This document shows, piece after piece, positions 38,522-48,038 of a stretch of DNA of 64,000 nucleotides. This DNA is from Candidatus Terrybacteria bacterium RIFCSPHIGHO2_01_FULL_43_35 (GTDB lineage Bacteria > Patescibacteriota > Minisyncoccia > Terrybacterales > GWB1-40-14). The stretch spans positions 18,808 through 82,807 of the forward strand of contig MHSR01000013.1 of NCBI GenBank assembly GCA_001822815.1. Reading direction: 5' to 3'. The position numbers were made by a program, and so were the translations under genes. Within the stretch, counting starts at the first letter, position 1. Each line of letters starts with the position of its first letter. The notes under the pieces are model-generated. The model searched no databases, was not told the DNA's origin, and saw nothing but the letters and a program-made list of their open reading frames with translations.

Positions 38522-38734
38522 ATGAGTAAACTTAAAACAAGAAAGGCCGTGTCTTCGCGCTTCAAATTTACCAAAAGCGGCAAAATACTCTATAGACCAA
38601 TGCGCCAAGGGCACTTTCATGCCAAGGCAACCGGAAAGGCGCGCAGAAAGAAAACTAAGCTTATGGTACTATCCAAAAGCGATGCGCGGGCATTGAAAAA
38701 ATACGCGCGTTATGCGAGAAAGTGGGGGCACTAA
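38522..38734 (+). CDS. rpmI: 50S ribosomal protein L35
   Basis: KLKTRKAVSSRFKFTKSGK; position in infC-rpmI-rplT. Confidence 0.92.
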   Translation: MSKLKTRKAVSSRFKFTKSGKILYRPMRQGHFHAKATGKARRKKTKLMVLSKSDARALKKYARYARKWGH

Positions 38735-38754
38735 TTACCTTAAATTAAAATAAT

Positions 38755-38871
38755 GTAATCCTTCGACTACGCTTTAGTCCCGACGTATCGTCGGGACACT
38801 CGCGCGGCTCGTGGGCAATCCTTCGATAAACTCAGGATTGTCCTGAGCAAAGTCGAAGGACAACAACTAGC
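38755..38871 (+). repeat. leader repeat family copy before rplT
   Basis: GTAATCCTTCG...GGGCAA...GGACAACAACTAGC-ATG. Confidence 0.85.
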
Positions 38872-39219
38872 ATGTCTAGAGTAAAACGCGGAAAAACAAG
38901 AAACGCCAAGCGAGGGCGACTACTTAAACAGACCAAGGGTTTCCGTTGGGGGCGCAAATCCAAAAAACTTGCAGCAAAACAGGCCTTAATGAAGGCGTGG
39001 TCTTACAGCACGCGCGACCGCAAACGTAGAAAGGGCGAATTTAGAAAACTTTGGCAGATAAGAATAAACGCCGCGTCGCGCCAAAATGGATTAAGTTATA
39101 GCCAATTAATGAATCTGATACACAAAAAAAACGTGGCTCTGGATCGTAAAATCCTATCCGAAATCGCAGAAAAATATCCTGATGTTTTCAAATCCATAGT
39201 TGAAGAAATAAGAAAGTAG
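38872..39219 (+). CDS. rplT: 50S ribosomal protein L20
   Basis: MSRVKRG, RDRKRRKGEFRKLWQIRINAA, LDRKILSEIA. Confidence 0.97.
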   Translation: MSRVKRGKTRNAKRGRLLKQTKGFRWGRKSKKLAAKQALMKAWSYSTRDRKRRKGEFRKLWQIRINAASRQNGLSYSQLMNLIHKKNVALDRKILSEIAEKYPDVFKSIVEEIRK

Positions 39220-39255
39220 TGTTTCAAAAAACCCCGCTTCAAAGCGGAGTTTTTA

Positions 39256-39693
39256 TTAGTGTTTAGCAAGAAACGCCTCGGCTTTCTTTATCAGATCTTT
39301 AGCGTTCTTGTATGTAGCAAGTTTAACGGCTTCATTATACGGCAACCATACATAACCGGTATGTTCGTGCGATAAACGGACATTACCGCCATAAGCTTCA
39401 CCCAAGAAAAATGTTACTGTTTTTAAGGTTCGGGTAGGCCGGCCACGTTTTTTTTGAGCATAAGACCACATCCAATATTGCATAACCTCTCTAAAATTAT
39501 TAAAGAGTTTAATGTTTTTTAAGCCAGTTTCTTCAAATATTTCTCGGCGCGCGGCTTGTTCTGCCTTCTCCCCCGCCTCAAGATGGCCTTTGGCAAAATC
39601 CCAGTGTCCGGCTTCGTAATGCAGAAGCAGATACTGCCTTATTTTTTTATAGCGCCGGAAGATAATCGCACCGGCTGAAATTTCTGGTCTCAT
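39256..39693 (-). CDS. NUDIX hydrolase (Ap4A hydrolase-like)
   Basis: SAGAII, HWDFAKGHLEAGE...AARREIFEETG, LSHEH. Confidence 0.9.
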   Translation of the reverse strand: MRPEISAGAIIFRRYKKIRQYLLLHYEAGHWDFAKGHLEAGEKAEQAARREIFEETGLKNIKLFNNFREVMQYWMWSYAQKKRGRPTRTLKTVTFFLGEAYGGNVRLSHEHTGYVWLPYNEAVKLATYKNAKDLIKKAEAFLAKH

Positions 39694-39865
39694 GTGTTAG
39701 TTGTTGCCCGCGAGTTTGCTCGCGGATGCAACATGCATCTCTTCGAGTCTGAAGACTCTTCAGAGTCTGAACGACCCGAGCGAAGTCGAGGGATTACCTG
39801 CCAATTTTGCCCTCGCGGCAGCGGGGTGCAAAATTGTGCATCCTGAGCGGAGCGAAGGATTACCT
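39694..39865 (-). repeat. leader repeat family, two tandem units forming the NUDIX 5'UTR
   Basis: Two AGGTAATCC...GATGCA..TTGCA..GGGCAA units; ends CAACAACTAACAC-ATG; TATAAT at 39874-39869. Confidence 0.85.
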
Positions 39866-39985
39866 AAAATTATACCATCAATTGACTGCAGATAAATTGT
39901 TTGATATTTTACCACTGCCTCTTGAGAAGGAAGTCCGCGCCTGTCCCAAGAGAAGATGGCCAGTAATTGGCCCAAAGGAGACACA

Positions 39986-40480
39986 ATGAGCAGTACATCG
40001 ACAAAACCGTATCGCGAAACCCTCCCCGCCAATAGGAAACTTGCTCTGCATATGCTAGAACAGCTTCATGAATTAAAGTTAATCCCGCGTTCAACCTATG
40101 ATGCGGCAGAGTGGGGTCCCATCTCCGTCCTATACACAGACCCTGGTTATTTGGACGACAAAATTACCAGAGAGAGAGAAGTAACCTTTACCTTCGAACC
40201 TGCTCGCAAGGACACAAGCCGAGGTACCAAAGTAACCTTGCGTTTGGTTGGCGAGCATGGCGCCTACAAAGACGACAAAAATCGTCGCGATCTTGCTACT
40301 CGTGTTATTTCTGATGATGAAGACATTTACAATATGCACGATCCCAAGCGCTTATACATCAACTGGTGGGTTAAACGTATTCAAATAGTCTGGGCTAACT
40401 ATACTGTCACGTTTGAAGATACTAGTTCTTCGTTCCGAGGAAATGTTGGACCGTTAATTAATCATTTTGCTGAACGTTAA
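39986..40480 (+). CDS. hypothetical protein
   Basis: AAAGGAG SD before ATG 39986; hairpin terminator after the stop. Confidence 0.75.
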   Translation: MSSTSTKPYRETLPANRKLALHMLEQLHELKLIPRSTYDAAEWGPISVLYTDPGYLDDKITREREVTFTFEPARKDTSRGTKVTLRLVGEHGAYKDDKNRRDLATRVISDDEDIYNMHDPKRLYINWWVKRIQIVWANYTVTFEDTSSSFRGNVGPLINHFAER

Positions 40481-40595
40481 TAACGTTTAAGCGCTAATCA
40501 TCCGTTGCGGACCGGGTGATTTTTATTTGACATTATTAACAATTTGTTGTATTATTTATATAATTGCGATCCCGCAATCACTACAGGAGACAATA

Positions 40596-41510
40596 ATGAA
40601 TCGTCGTATTTGGCTCCTAGGACTGCTCTTTGTCATTCTCGTGTTTGTTATAAGCGGTAACCTATTCCCCTTTTTGGTATTCGCGTCAATTATCTTTGCT
40701 TTAGCGATCCATGAAGCGGGTCATGCAGTAAAACTCATAAAATACGGTATCACCATAAGAGAGTTCGGGCTTGGAATCGACGTGATAAGTCTAATTAAAA
40801 AGCGTCCTGCAGGCCCCGGCATCCTAACTATCGGCCCACATTCCCTTGCCCTGGGAACTCGGCGCATAAGGATTCCGCGTCTTGTCCTCCATCCCTTGCT
40901 CATCGGAGCATATGTTGACCATCCTGAAAGCGAACGCGAAAAACTTGATGCCCTGCCTACGGCTGCAAAATTAGAGATTTATAGCTCTGGAGCATACACA
41001 AATCTCTTGATGGCGGCCATCTTATTCCTTATGATCTTCTGGCTTCTTTTTACGCTATATATTGCCCATGGCATCTATCCTTCAAAGTTCCTCCTGCTTC
41101 ATTTACTGGCAGGCACCGTTACGTTTGCTATACTGGTCGCCTGGCGCGCATTCTTTATGCGCATAATGGCCAGTCTCACCGCTGTAATAGGAACTATTGC
41201 GCTTCCCGCAATTTTCATTCTACTAGGGCCGGCTGTACTTACTGGAATAATTGGCATTGTGGTATTGGCGTTCAATGCCAAAAATATTTTTGACGTGCTC
41301 ATGATTGCTTTTGCCATTAACCTATCAATGGGAATTATAAATCTCATACCGCTAGGTATTACTGACGGCCAACAGATTTTGCACACGCTATCTGAACGAG
41401 TCGGCGCTCCGCCGCGAATAAACCTATTGATGCGCCGCATGGGTCTGATAATGCTCGTAGTCGTGCTTGCTGTTTCTATTGCCAACGATCTTGCGACGTA
41501 TATATTCTAA
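40596..41510 (+). CDS. site-2 protease (M50) family membrane metalloprotease
   Basis: IHEAGH, EFGLG, NLIPLGITDG; AGGAG SD; TTGACA-17-TATTAT promoter at 40527-40555. Confidence 0.9.
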   Translation: MNRRIWLLGLLFVILVFVISGNLFPFLVFASIIFALAIHEAGHAVKLIKYGITIREFGLGIDVISLIKKRPAGPGILTIGPHSLALGTRRIRIPRLVLHPLLIGAYVDHPESEREKLDALPTAAKLEIYSSGAYTNLLMAAILFLMIFWLLFTLYIAHGIYPSKFLLLHLLAGTVTFAILVAWRAFFMRIMASLTAVIGTIALPAIFILLGPAVLTGIIGIVVLAFNAKNIFDVLMIAFAINLSMGIINLIPLGITDGQQILHTLSERVGAPPRINLLMRRMGLIMLVVVLAVSIANDLATYIF

Positions 41511-41655
41511 AAAACAAAGCGCCTTGCCTTACGCAAAGCGCTTATTTCTTTAAAAAGAATTTTATCTTACCCAACGGCCAGGCGTTAATAACGTCGTTTT
41601 TCAATGCCCAACTGCGCCTTGTCCTTCGGCGAGCTCAGGACGCGCCGCGGCTGCA

Positions 41656-43386
41656 TTATTTATCTTTTAATGCTTTTAGCATCTGTTTAAGGGGATAAGT
41701 ATTGATTACGCTCCTCTTTTCAGTCCAACCTCGTCGTGCCTGCGCAATGCCGTAATGCAAAACATTAAGACCGGCTATTGAATGCGCATCTGAATCTATG
41801 GCTATTTTTACTCCGGCGGAAACGGCTTTGCGTATATATTCGTCTTTAAGATCAAGACGCTGCCAATAGGCGTTGGCCTCCAAAACCGTGCCGGTTCTCT
41901 TTGCGGCGGCAATAACTTCATCCATATCAACCTCATAAGGGGCGCGTTTATTTATTATTCTGCCGGTGGGATGGAAAAATATATCAACGTGCGGATTTGA
42001 TATGGCTTTTATGATACGTTTGGTCATATCGTGTCTGGACATATTGAAATAAGAATGTACTGACACGCCAACCACATCTAATTTAGCCAAAATTTTATTA
42101 GGCAAATCCAATGAACCGTCTTTCAAAATATCACATTCTGTTCCTTTAAGTATGCTGATGTCTTTGAACTTTGTGTTAATACGATCAATTTCAGCCATTT
42201 GCTTTAAGAGACGCCGCTCATCGAGCCCATGAGTCATGGCCAGGCGTTTGGTGTGATCAGTAATGGCAATATATTTGTGGCCGAGCTTAAGCGCTGCGCG
42301 AGCCAAATCTTCAATTGAATCTTCGCCGTCAGTCCAGTTGGATTGAACTTGCAAATCTCCCATCAAATCATCGTAGCCTACAAGCTTTGGCAATTTGGCT
42401 TGCCGCGCTGCTTCAATTTCGCCGGTGCTTTCTCGTAATTCAGGTTCTATATACTCAAGATCCAATATCTTATAGATTTCTTCCTCGGTTCTGCCGCAAA
42501 TATATTTATCTCCTTTTTTGCCTCCAAAAACCCCGTATTCGCTTAGCTTTAACCCCCTTTTTATAGCCAATTGCCTCAAAGTCACATTGTGGTCTTTATT
42601 GCCTGTAAAATAGTTAAGTGCTGCGCCAAAGGACTCGCGCGGCACGACACGCAAATCCAGATCGAGGCCATTTTTTAAACGAACCATAGTTTTTGTTCCG
42701 CCTTTGGCGTAAACATGGATGACCTCGGGCATGCTGACAAAATAATCCATGACCTTATCTGGAGAAGAAGAGACAACCAAAAAGTCTCCGTCCCCTACTG
42801 TTTCTTTTCTGCGCCTGATAGAGCCGACTATCTCAATCAATTCAACTTGGGATAATTTTCTTAGGCGATCTCTTATACTTAAAGCTAAGGGTAAAACTTC
42901 GCCCAACAAAAACCTTCCGCCGTGCTTTTTGTGGAATTCTATGCCCTTAACTATTTTTTGCTCGGTTTTTTCACCGAAGTGCTCCAATTTTCTTATCTTT
43001 CCGGTCTTAGCTGCTTTTTCAAGATCGGCAACATTTCTGATCCCGAGTTTTTTGTATAAAGTAATAATCATTTTAGGACCCACGCCTTCAATGGCCGACA
43101 ACGCCTCTACATCAACCGGTATTTCTTTCTTTAATTCCTGGTAATATTTCAGGTGGCCAGTTTTTACTAACTCCACCACTTTTGAGGCAATAGAAATGCC
43201 CACCCCCGGTATTTCTTCAAGGCCTTTTAATCCTGACTTTTTATATATTTCTTCAACCGGTTCCTCTAATGATTCAACGACCCGTGCGGATTTTTCATAA
43301 GCACGGGGCTTAAATGGCACGTTCTTCATCTCAAGGAATTCGGCTATCTGGTAAAGGATGCGAGCAATTTCTTGGTTAGTAACCAT
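41656..43386 (-). CDS. polX: DNA polymerase X with PHP exonuclease domain
   Basis: HhH GVG motifs, GSIRRRKETVGDGD, DLDLR, YFTG, ITDH, DSDAH. Confidence 0.95.
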   Translation of the reverse strand: MVTNQEIARILYQIAEFLEMKNVPFKPRAYEKSARVVESLEEPVEEIYKKSGLKGLEEIPGVGISIASKVVELVKTGHLKYYQELKKEIPVDVEALSAIEGVGPKMIITLYKKLGIRNVADLEKAAKTGKIRKLEHFGEKTEQKIVKGIEFHKKHGGRFLLGEVLPLALSIRDRLRKLSQVELIEIVGSIRRRKETVGDGDFLVVSSSPDKVMDYFVSMPEVIHVYAKGGTKTMVRLKNGLDLDLRVVPRESFGAALNYFTGNKDHNVTLRQLAIKRGLKLSEYGVFGGKKGDKYICGRTEEEIYKILDLEYIEPELRESTGEIEAARQAKLPKLVGYDDLMGDLQVQSNWTDGEDSIEDLARAALKLGHKYIAITDHTKRLAMTHGLDERRLLKQMAEIDRINTKFKDISILKGTECDILKDGSLDLPNKILAKLDVVGVSVHSYFNMSRHDMTKRIIKAISNPHVDIFFHPTGRIINKRAPYEVDMDEVIAAAKRTGTVLEANAYWQRLDLKDEYIRKAVSAGVKIAIDSDAHSIAGLNVLHYGIAQARRGWTEKRSVINTYPLKQMLKALKDK

Positions 43387-43396
43387 GCTCGATATA

Positions 43397-43897
43397 TTAT
43401 TTATGGTCTTGGTTATTTCCGTTAACGCCTCTCCAGGCATTAAGCGCTTTTGAAAATTCGGTGAAGAGGAAATAAGCTAGTGTTTCGTAACAAAGCGCGG
43501 TCATACTTTCGGGAACATTCCAGCGTGGAGTCAAATAGCTAGCAATAAACATAATCAATAATGTGCCCCACCAGATATAAACGAATATTTCTCCGCGTCT
43601 TACGCGCGGAGCAACGCCGGTCCAACGCAATGTTTCCTTATGAACTATATAAGCGCCCAACAAAACAATATAACCTGCTTGTATTGTATGCGGCGTGGCC
43701 ATGTCAAAGAAAAACTCGGTCCACTCCATAAGCAGGATGACAAACGTCCATAGCATCAAAAACCAAAACATCCAGTCCTTAACCTGGACTAATTCTTTTT
43801 CATAACGAAGACATATCTGAGCCAGTTTATTTGGGGGTATAGATAAATATTCCTTATCAGGATCAGATGAATTTTGATTATTGCTCGTGTTTTCCAT
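43397..43897 (-). CDS. hypothetical four-TM membrane protein
   Basis: Trp-rich hydrophobic helices; 10 nt upstream of polX. Confidence 0.8.
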   Translation of the reverse strand: MENTSNNQNSSDPDKEYLSIPPNKLAQICLRYEKELVQVKDWMFWFLMLWTFVILLMEWTEFFFDMATPHTIQAGYIVLLGAYIVHKETLRWTGVAPRVRRGEIFVYIWWGTLLIMFIASYLTPRWNVPESMTALCYETLAYFLFTEFSKALNAWRGVNGNNQDHK

Positions 43898-44099
43898 ATA
43901 TTTATTATACCTTGGCCAAACGCATACCCCAACTTTATTGGATTTTTATATTGTTGTTAACGAAAAGGTTATTTTTCTAGATGGCTCTTAGAGTTATCGG
44001 GGTTCACAAAAATATTTAAATCTGCTTGAGCCAACATTTGGGATACTGAACCAAAAACACCCCTTGAGGGGTGTTTTGTCGAGTGATACCGCGCTGAAT

Positions 44100-44951
44100 T
44101 TAATTCGCCCAGATAACAAAGGTAAACAGCTTATTCCCATTACCTAAGTCACGTTCAAACAAAGACGGCTTGCCATCCGAAGAGGCGCGAATAGCCTTGC
44201 CCCATTCCGCAGAATTCTCAAGATCGTCGTTGTTTCTGCCATGCGCTGCTCCAGAAATTGATTGGGAGATGGTGATACCCGAATCGAGATGGGTGTAGAT
44301 TGCTTTAAGCTGATCGTAGTCATGCTGATTTGGATGCTCGTTTGAAGGATCGTTGTCAACCGCTCCACCCACGCCGCCATCCGGGTCATTGGTGTAATCC
44401 ATACAGCTGCCTAAATTGGCATTGTTAAAAGTTTCGTCCTGATGAGCGAGACCGAAATCATGAGCAACTTCCTGACACATAACGAGCCTTCGCCAGGCAG
44501 GAGTGTTATAAGGAATGGTATTAAAATACGTATCGTTCACCTTGGCTGTGCCCGCAACTATATGGTCTCCGCTAGCCCAAATTTGGGCTAAGCCAAGCCA
44601 GCCGTTACGCCCATATTTAGCACTACAAACCTCAACGCGACCGCTCGTGGGTACGCAGTTCTTGGGTGTAAGTCTGCCCTTGGTATTATTGGTGCCGCCA
44701 GCGACAATAGTTGTATCAAGTACGGACGACACGTTCCAGTCAGATGAGGCTCCAGTAAGGTAAGCGTCCCAAGTGTTTGAAACGTTATCACCGAGCTTCA
44801 GAGTAACGGTGTTGCTTGTGCGCGACCAGTGATAGGCGCCCCAAGAATGATCTGCGTATGCAACGGCCGCAAACGCGCCGACTAGCGACACAAACGCAAC
44901 GGCCAAGAGGACGCGGTAACGAGAACAAAAGATGTGAAGAATCTTATTCAT
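44100..44951 (-). CDS. secreted metzincin-like protein
   Basis: Signal peptide (AYA-DH), CQEVAHDFGLAH, SCMDY Met-turn. Confidence 0.8.
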   Translation of the reverse strand: MNKILHIFCSRYRVLLAVAFVSLVGAFAAVAYADHSWGAYHWSRTSNTVTLKLGDNVSNTWDAYLTGASSDWNVSSVLDTTIVAGGTNNTKGRLTPKNCVPTSGRVEVCSAKYGRNGWLGLAQIWASGDHIVAGTAKVNDTYFNTIPYNTPAWRRLVMCQEVAHDFGLAHQDETFNNANLGSCMDYTNDPDGGVGGAVDNDPSNEHPNQHDYDQLKAIYTHLDSGITISQSISGAAHGRNNDDLENSAEWGKAIRASSDGKPSLFERDLGNGNKLFTFVIWAN

Positions 44952-45068
44952 AATATTCGATGTTTTGAATTAATTGTGCTTAATATCTATGCCCATCTTA
45001 CCACTTACTGCTGAAAATTGCAAGTCCACTGTGAGTGCGTTGATTAGTTGCAAAAAATCATATGCTGG

Positions 45069-45581
45069 TTAAAAGCGGGTGACGCCAGGTGTCTCCGCAT
45101 TCGCCGAAATAGTAAAAATCGTGTACATGATATTTCCGGCCGCGTCTCTCAAGGGATGATCGTCTGCCATATGAAACACTCCGTCCCCGTTATCGTTGTG
45201 AAGCATGGCGATCAACTCTTCTCCATCTTGAGTAGGACGCGTAAGCGTAATCTGAATTTTTTCTGTTGCGCCCGGGGCTAACATATTACTGTTGCCAATT
45301 ATTGCTCCGGCTGTTTCACCAACGCTTTCGTGTATCACCACAAACCCGCCCCCAGAAACGTCAACAAAATCTACTACGACAATATCAGATGGCTTTTGCT
45401 CGGAAACGTAAATCGCGTTTTCGCCGATGCGGAATCCGGTATTTGTATCGGTATTTTTTAAAACGTTTTTATTTGCCGCCCGTTCAAATCCGCTATCGTA
45501 ACCAAAGTAATACCCGAGCATAACGCCTAAAACAAACGCAATAATTATAAAAGGTACGGTTATTTTCATTTGGTATATCAT
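45069..45581 (-). CDS. membrane-anchored protein with DUF7282-like beta domain
   Basis: N-terminal TM helix; GGFVVIH...IIGNS..LAPG...LIAMLHNDNGDGVF. Confidence 0.7.
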   Translation of the reverse strand: MIYQMKITVPFIIIAFVLGVMLGYYFGYDSGFERAANKNVLKNTDTNTGFRIGENAIYVSEQKPSDIVVVDFVDVSGGGFVVIHESVGETAGAIIGNSNMLAPGATEKIQITLTRPTQDGEELIAMLHNDNGDGVFHMADDHPLRDAAGNIMYTIFTISANAETPGVTRF

Positions 45582-45599
45582 AAAGTGTATTAAGGATTT

Positions 45600-46913
45600 T
45601 CAGAATAATTTGTCCTGGACAGCACTTCCTTGATTGCCGCTCAAAAAAATCTTACGTTCATCTTCAGAAAAAATCTCTACTTTACCGAACTCGCCGTCAT
45701 ATCCCGGTTCAATATGCAATTTGCCTTCGCGTATTCTTTTCAATCCCTCCCCTATTATAGGCAAGCTCTCCTGTGCCACTTCTGTAGTATCGGTATTAAG
45801 CAGAATTTCAAACTCATTGCCAAAAGATTTCAATAATTTTTCATACAGTTCGCTTACTTTTTTTGAAGCCGTGCCAACGCCAAAACATGAGGCTATTATT
45901 TCTTCAAGCGGCACAAATGACTTGAATTCTGGCGCGCCTGCCGGCTTGGCACCATCTTCCCTATTTGATAGATCGTTAACCCTAGACACCACCCCGACCG
46001 TAACTCTACGGCCGCAAACACTGCATATACCGCTATGTTCTTTGGTCTCTTTGGGATGCCATGATACTTTACAAAGCCTATGCCCGTCGTAATGATATTT
46101 TCCTTCTTGAGGGAAAAACTCTATTGTTCCGACTAACTTTGTTTTATTTCCTTCTCGCAAAGCGGCTTTTGAGGGCGCGCCATTTTTTATTGCTTCATGC
46201 ATGGCGGCGTACCCCATTTCGCCCTCAAAAATATTGGCTTCGCGGCCGATTTTTCGGCCGGAATGGCTATCGGAGTTTGAAATCAAGGTCACGGAATCAA
46301 GTTTAGAAACGCGCCAGTTCATCAACGGGTCGGAGGACAGACCGGTTTCTATGGCATATATTTTGGGCGTCATTTCATCAAAACATTCTTCTAGGGAATC
46401 AAAGCCTGACATGGAGCCAAAAACTGAAAACCAAGGCGTCCAAGCGTGCGCCGGAATGACCATACATTGATCGGAAACGGAAAAAACTATTTTAGCCAGC
46501 TCCTTAACATCCAAACCCAAAATTGGCCGGCCATCGGAATGAAGATTGCCCCGCCACCCTAATTGCTTATTTATTCCCTCTGCCGCTTCAAACGAAGGAG
46601 CAAAAATAAGGGTGTGGATTTTTCTGACTTTTGCGTTTTTGGAATAAATACTGGATACCTCAACTGTAAGCAAAAAACGTGTGGCGGTTTTTATATCTGC
46701 TGTGTTTTTTAAAACAAACAACCCATCTTCAGGCGCTGGCTCAAGCTGCTGTTTTAACTCTGAAATCCACTCTGGATGCGTAAAATCCCCCGTGCCCATA
46801 ACGGCAATCCCCTTTTTGACAGCCCATTTATCCAACTCGGCAATATTCATATCCTTGGAAACGGCGCGCGAGTAGTGGGAATGTATATGAAAATCAGCTA
46901 TAAATTTAGACAT
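45600..46913 (-). CDS. endonuclease Q family (TIGR00375-like PHP) protein
   Basis: ADFHIHSHYS, GTGDFTHP, PAHAWTPW, ETGLSSD, SNSDSHS, GKYHYDGHR, PGYDGEFG. Confidence 0.9.
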   Translation of the reverse strand: MSKFIADFHIHSHYSRAVSKDMNIAELDKWAVKKGIAVMGTGDFTHPEWISELKQQLEPAPEDGLFVLKNTADIKTATRFLLTVEVSSIYSKNAKVRKIHTLIFAPSFEAAEGINKQLGWRGNLHSDGRPILGLDVKELAKIVFSVSDQCMVIPAHAWTPWFSVFGSMSGFDSLEECFDEMTPKIYAIETGLSSDPLMNWRVSKLDSVTLISNSDSHSGRKIGREANIFEGEMGYAAMHEAIKNGAPSKAALREGNKTKLVGTIEFFPQEGKYHYDGHRLCKVSWHPKETKEHSGICSVCGRRVTVGVVSRVNDLSNREDGAKPAGAPEFKSFVPLEEIIASCFGVGTASKKVSELYEKLLKSFGNEFEILLNTDTTEVAQESLPIIGEGLKRIREGKLHIEPGYDGEFGKVEIFSEDERKIFLSGNQGSAVQDKLF

Positions 46914-47050
46914 AATCTGCAGAATTATCTTTTATAAGCGTATCGCAACGTGTCAACGCATGCAAATAATATTGACGTAATAAATTTTTTGTGCCATGAT
47001 ATAAATAATGCGTTGCTTGATGTACGGACAACGCAAAAAGGAGGCAGAGG

Positions 47051-47338
47051 ATGCGAGAAGACCGGAAGATTAGCGAGCAAGAGGCTGATCGCCTTATCGC
47101 TGAAGGAGCAGGCACGATGTTTGATGTGCGTGATCCGGATGCGCAGATACCACCCTCCTACTTCGAGCCGAAAAACGGCAACCCGCACATCGTCGTCATA
47201 GCTGACGATACCTACTATGTGCGGAGCATCGAGGATCTAGAAAGCGGTCCCGATGGGGTCATTGTTCGCTTTCTAGATGAAAGCGACGGCAGGCCCCTGC
47301 CTTCGGCAGATGAAGTGTTCAAGTTTAGACAGCTGTAA
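47051..47338 (+). CDS. hypothetical acidic protein
   Basis: AAGGAGG SD; terminator-like hairpin with T run at 47360-47390. Confidence 0.75.
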   Translation: MREDRKISEQEADRLIAEGAGTMFDVRDPDAQIPPSYFEPKNGNPHIVVIADDTYYVRSIEDLESGPDGVIVRFLDESDGRPLPSADEVFKFRQL

Positions 47339-47585
47339 TCAAACAGCAGTTTAAACCAACAACGGCTCGATCTTCGATCGGGCTGTTTTTCTACGTACTA
47401 ACATTACGATATACTATTGCCAAATTAGTTAATATATAGCTCTTCGCAGCAATACTATTTGGCGGGCGGCCTTGTGAGCAACATGAGGGCCAAGGACCCT
47501 TTGTCGGTACGACTTTATAAATGGAAAGGTCCCCTACAGTTGCGAACAAGGGCGCGCGCCAATAACTTAATACGACCCCGCTGTA

Positions 47586-47614
47586 TTGACAATACAAAAA
47601 TTATGTGCTAATAT
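47586..47614 (+). promoter_or_regulatory. sigma70-type promoter TTGACA-17-TAATAT
   Basis: Consensus -35, TG extension, correct spacing. Confidence 0.7.
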
Positions 47615-47620
47615 ATACAC

Positions 47621-48030
47621 ACTGAAGCTGATCTCCCCCTATACCATGAAGGTCAAGGGAGCTCTCAGCCAAACCGAACCTTGAGCCGGGCTGAAAGGCT
47701 TTACGGCTCAAAGCTAAGGCAGGAATAGGTGGCGCTGACAATAAAACAAGGATGTGTACATACTCCTTGCTTTACCCAGCACCACCGGGGTCAATGTTAC
47801 CGGCATGCGGAACATCCTGTCCGGGGGTCCGAGCCATGATCAGCTTGGATTGCAACCAGGAAAAGACCTCCAAAAAGCTCTTTCGTAACCGCCCCACGTT
47901 CTCTGACGCCTGGTCCGGGCTACTGGACCTTCTGTTTACTAACTGTCAGGGGCGGCAAATAAGGTGCGGGGAGGATCCATTCGGATCCTCCCCAAACCCC
48001 GACATCGTTTGTCGGGGTCGTTATTTTTTA
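47621..48030 (+). ncRNA. candidate ~400-nt structured ncRNA
   Basis: Promoter, 9-bp closing stem 47625-47633/47838-47846, many GC-rich hairpins, two terminal hairpins then a T tract; no credible ORF. Confidence 0.65.
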
Positions 48031-48038
48031 TAGAAACA

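Noticed and set aside
47752-48033. 93-aa ORF
   Set aside because: Runs through strong hairpins and the terminator, with atypical composition; better explained as RNA.
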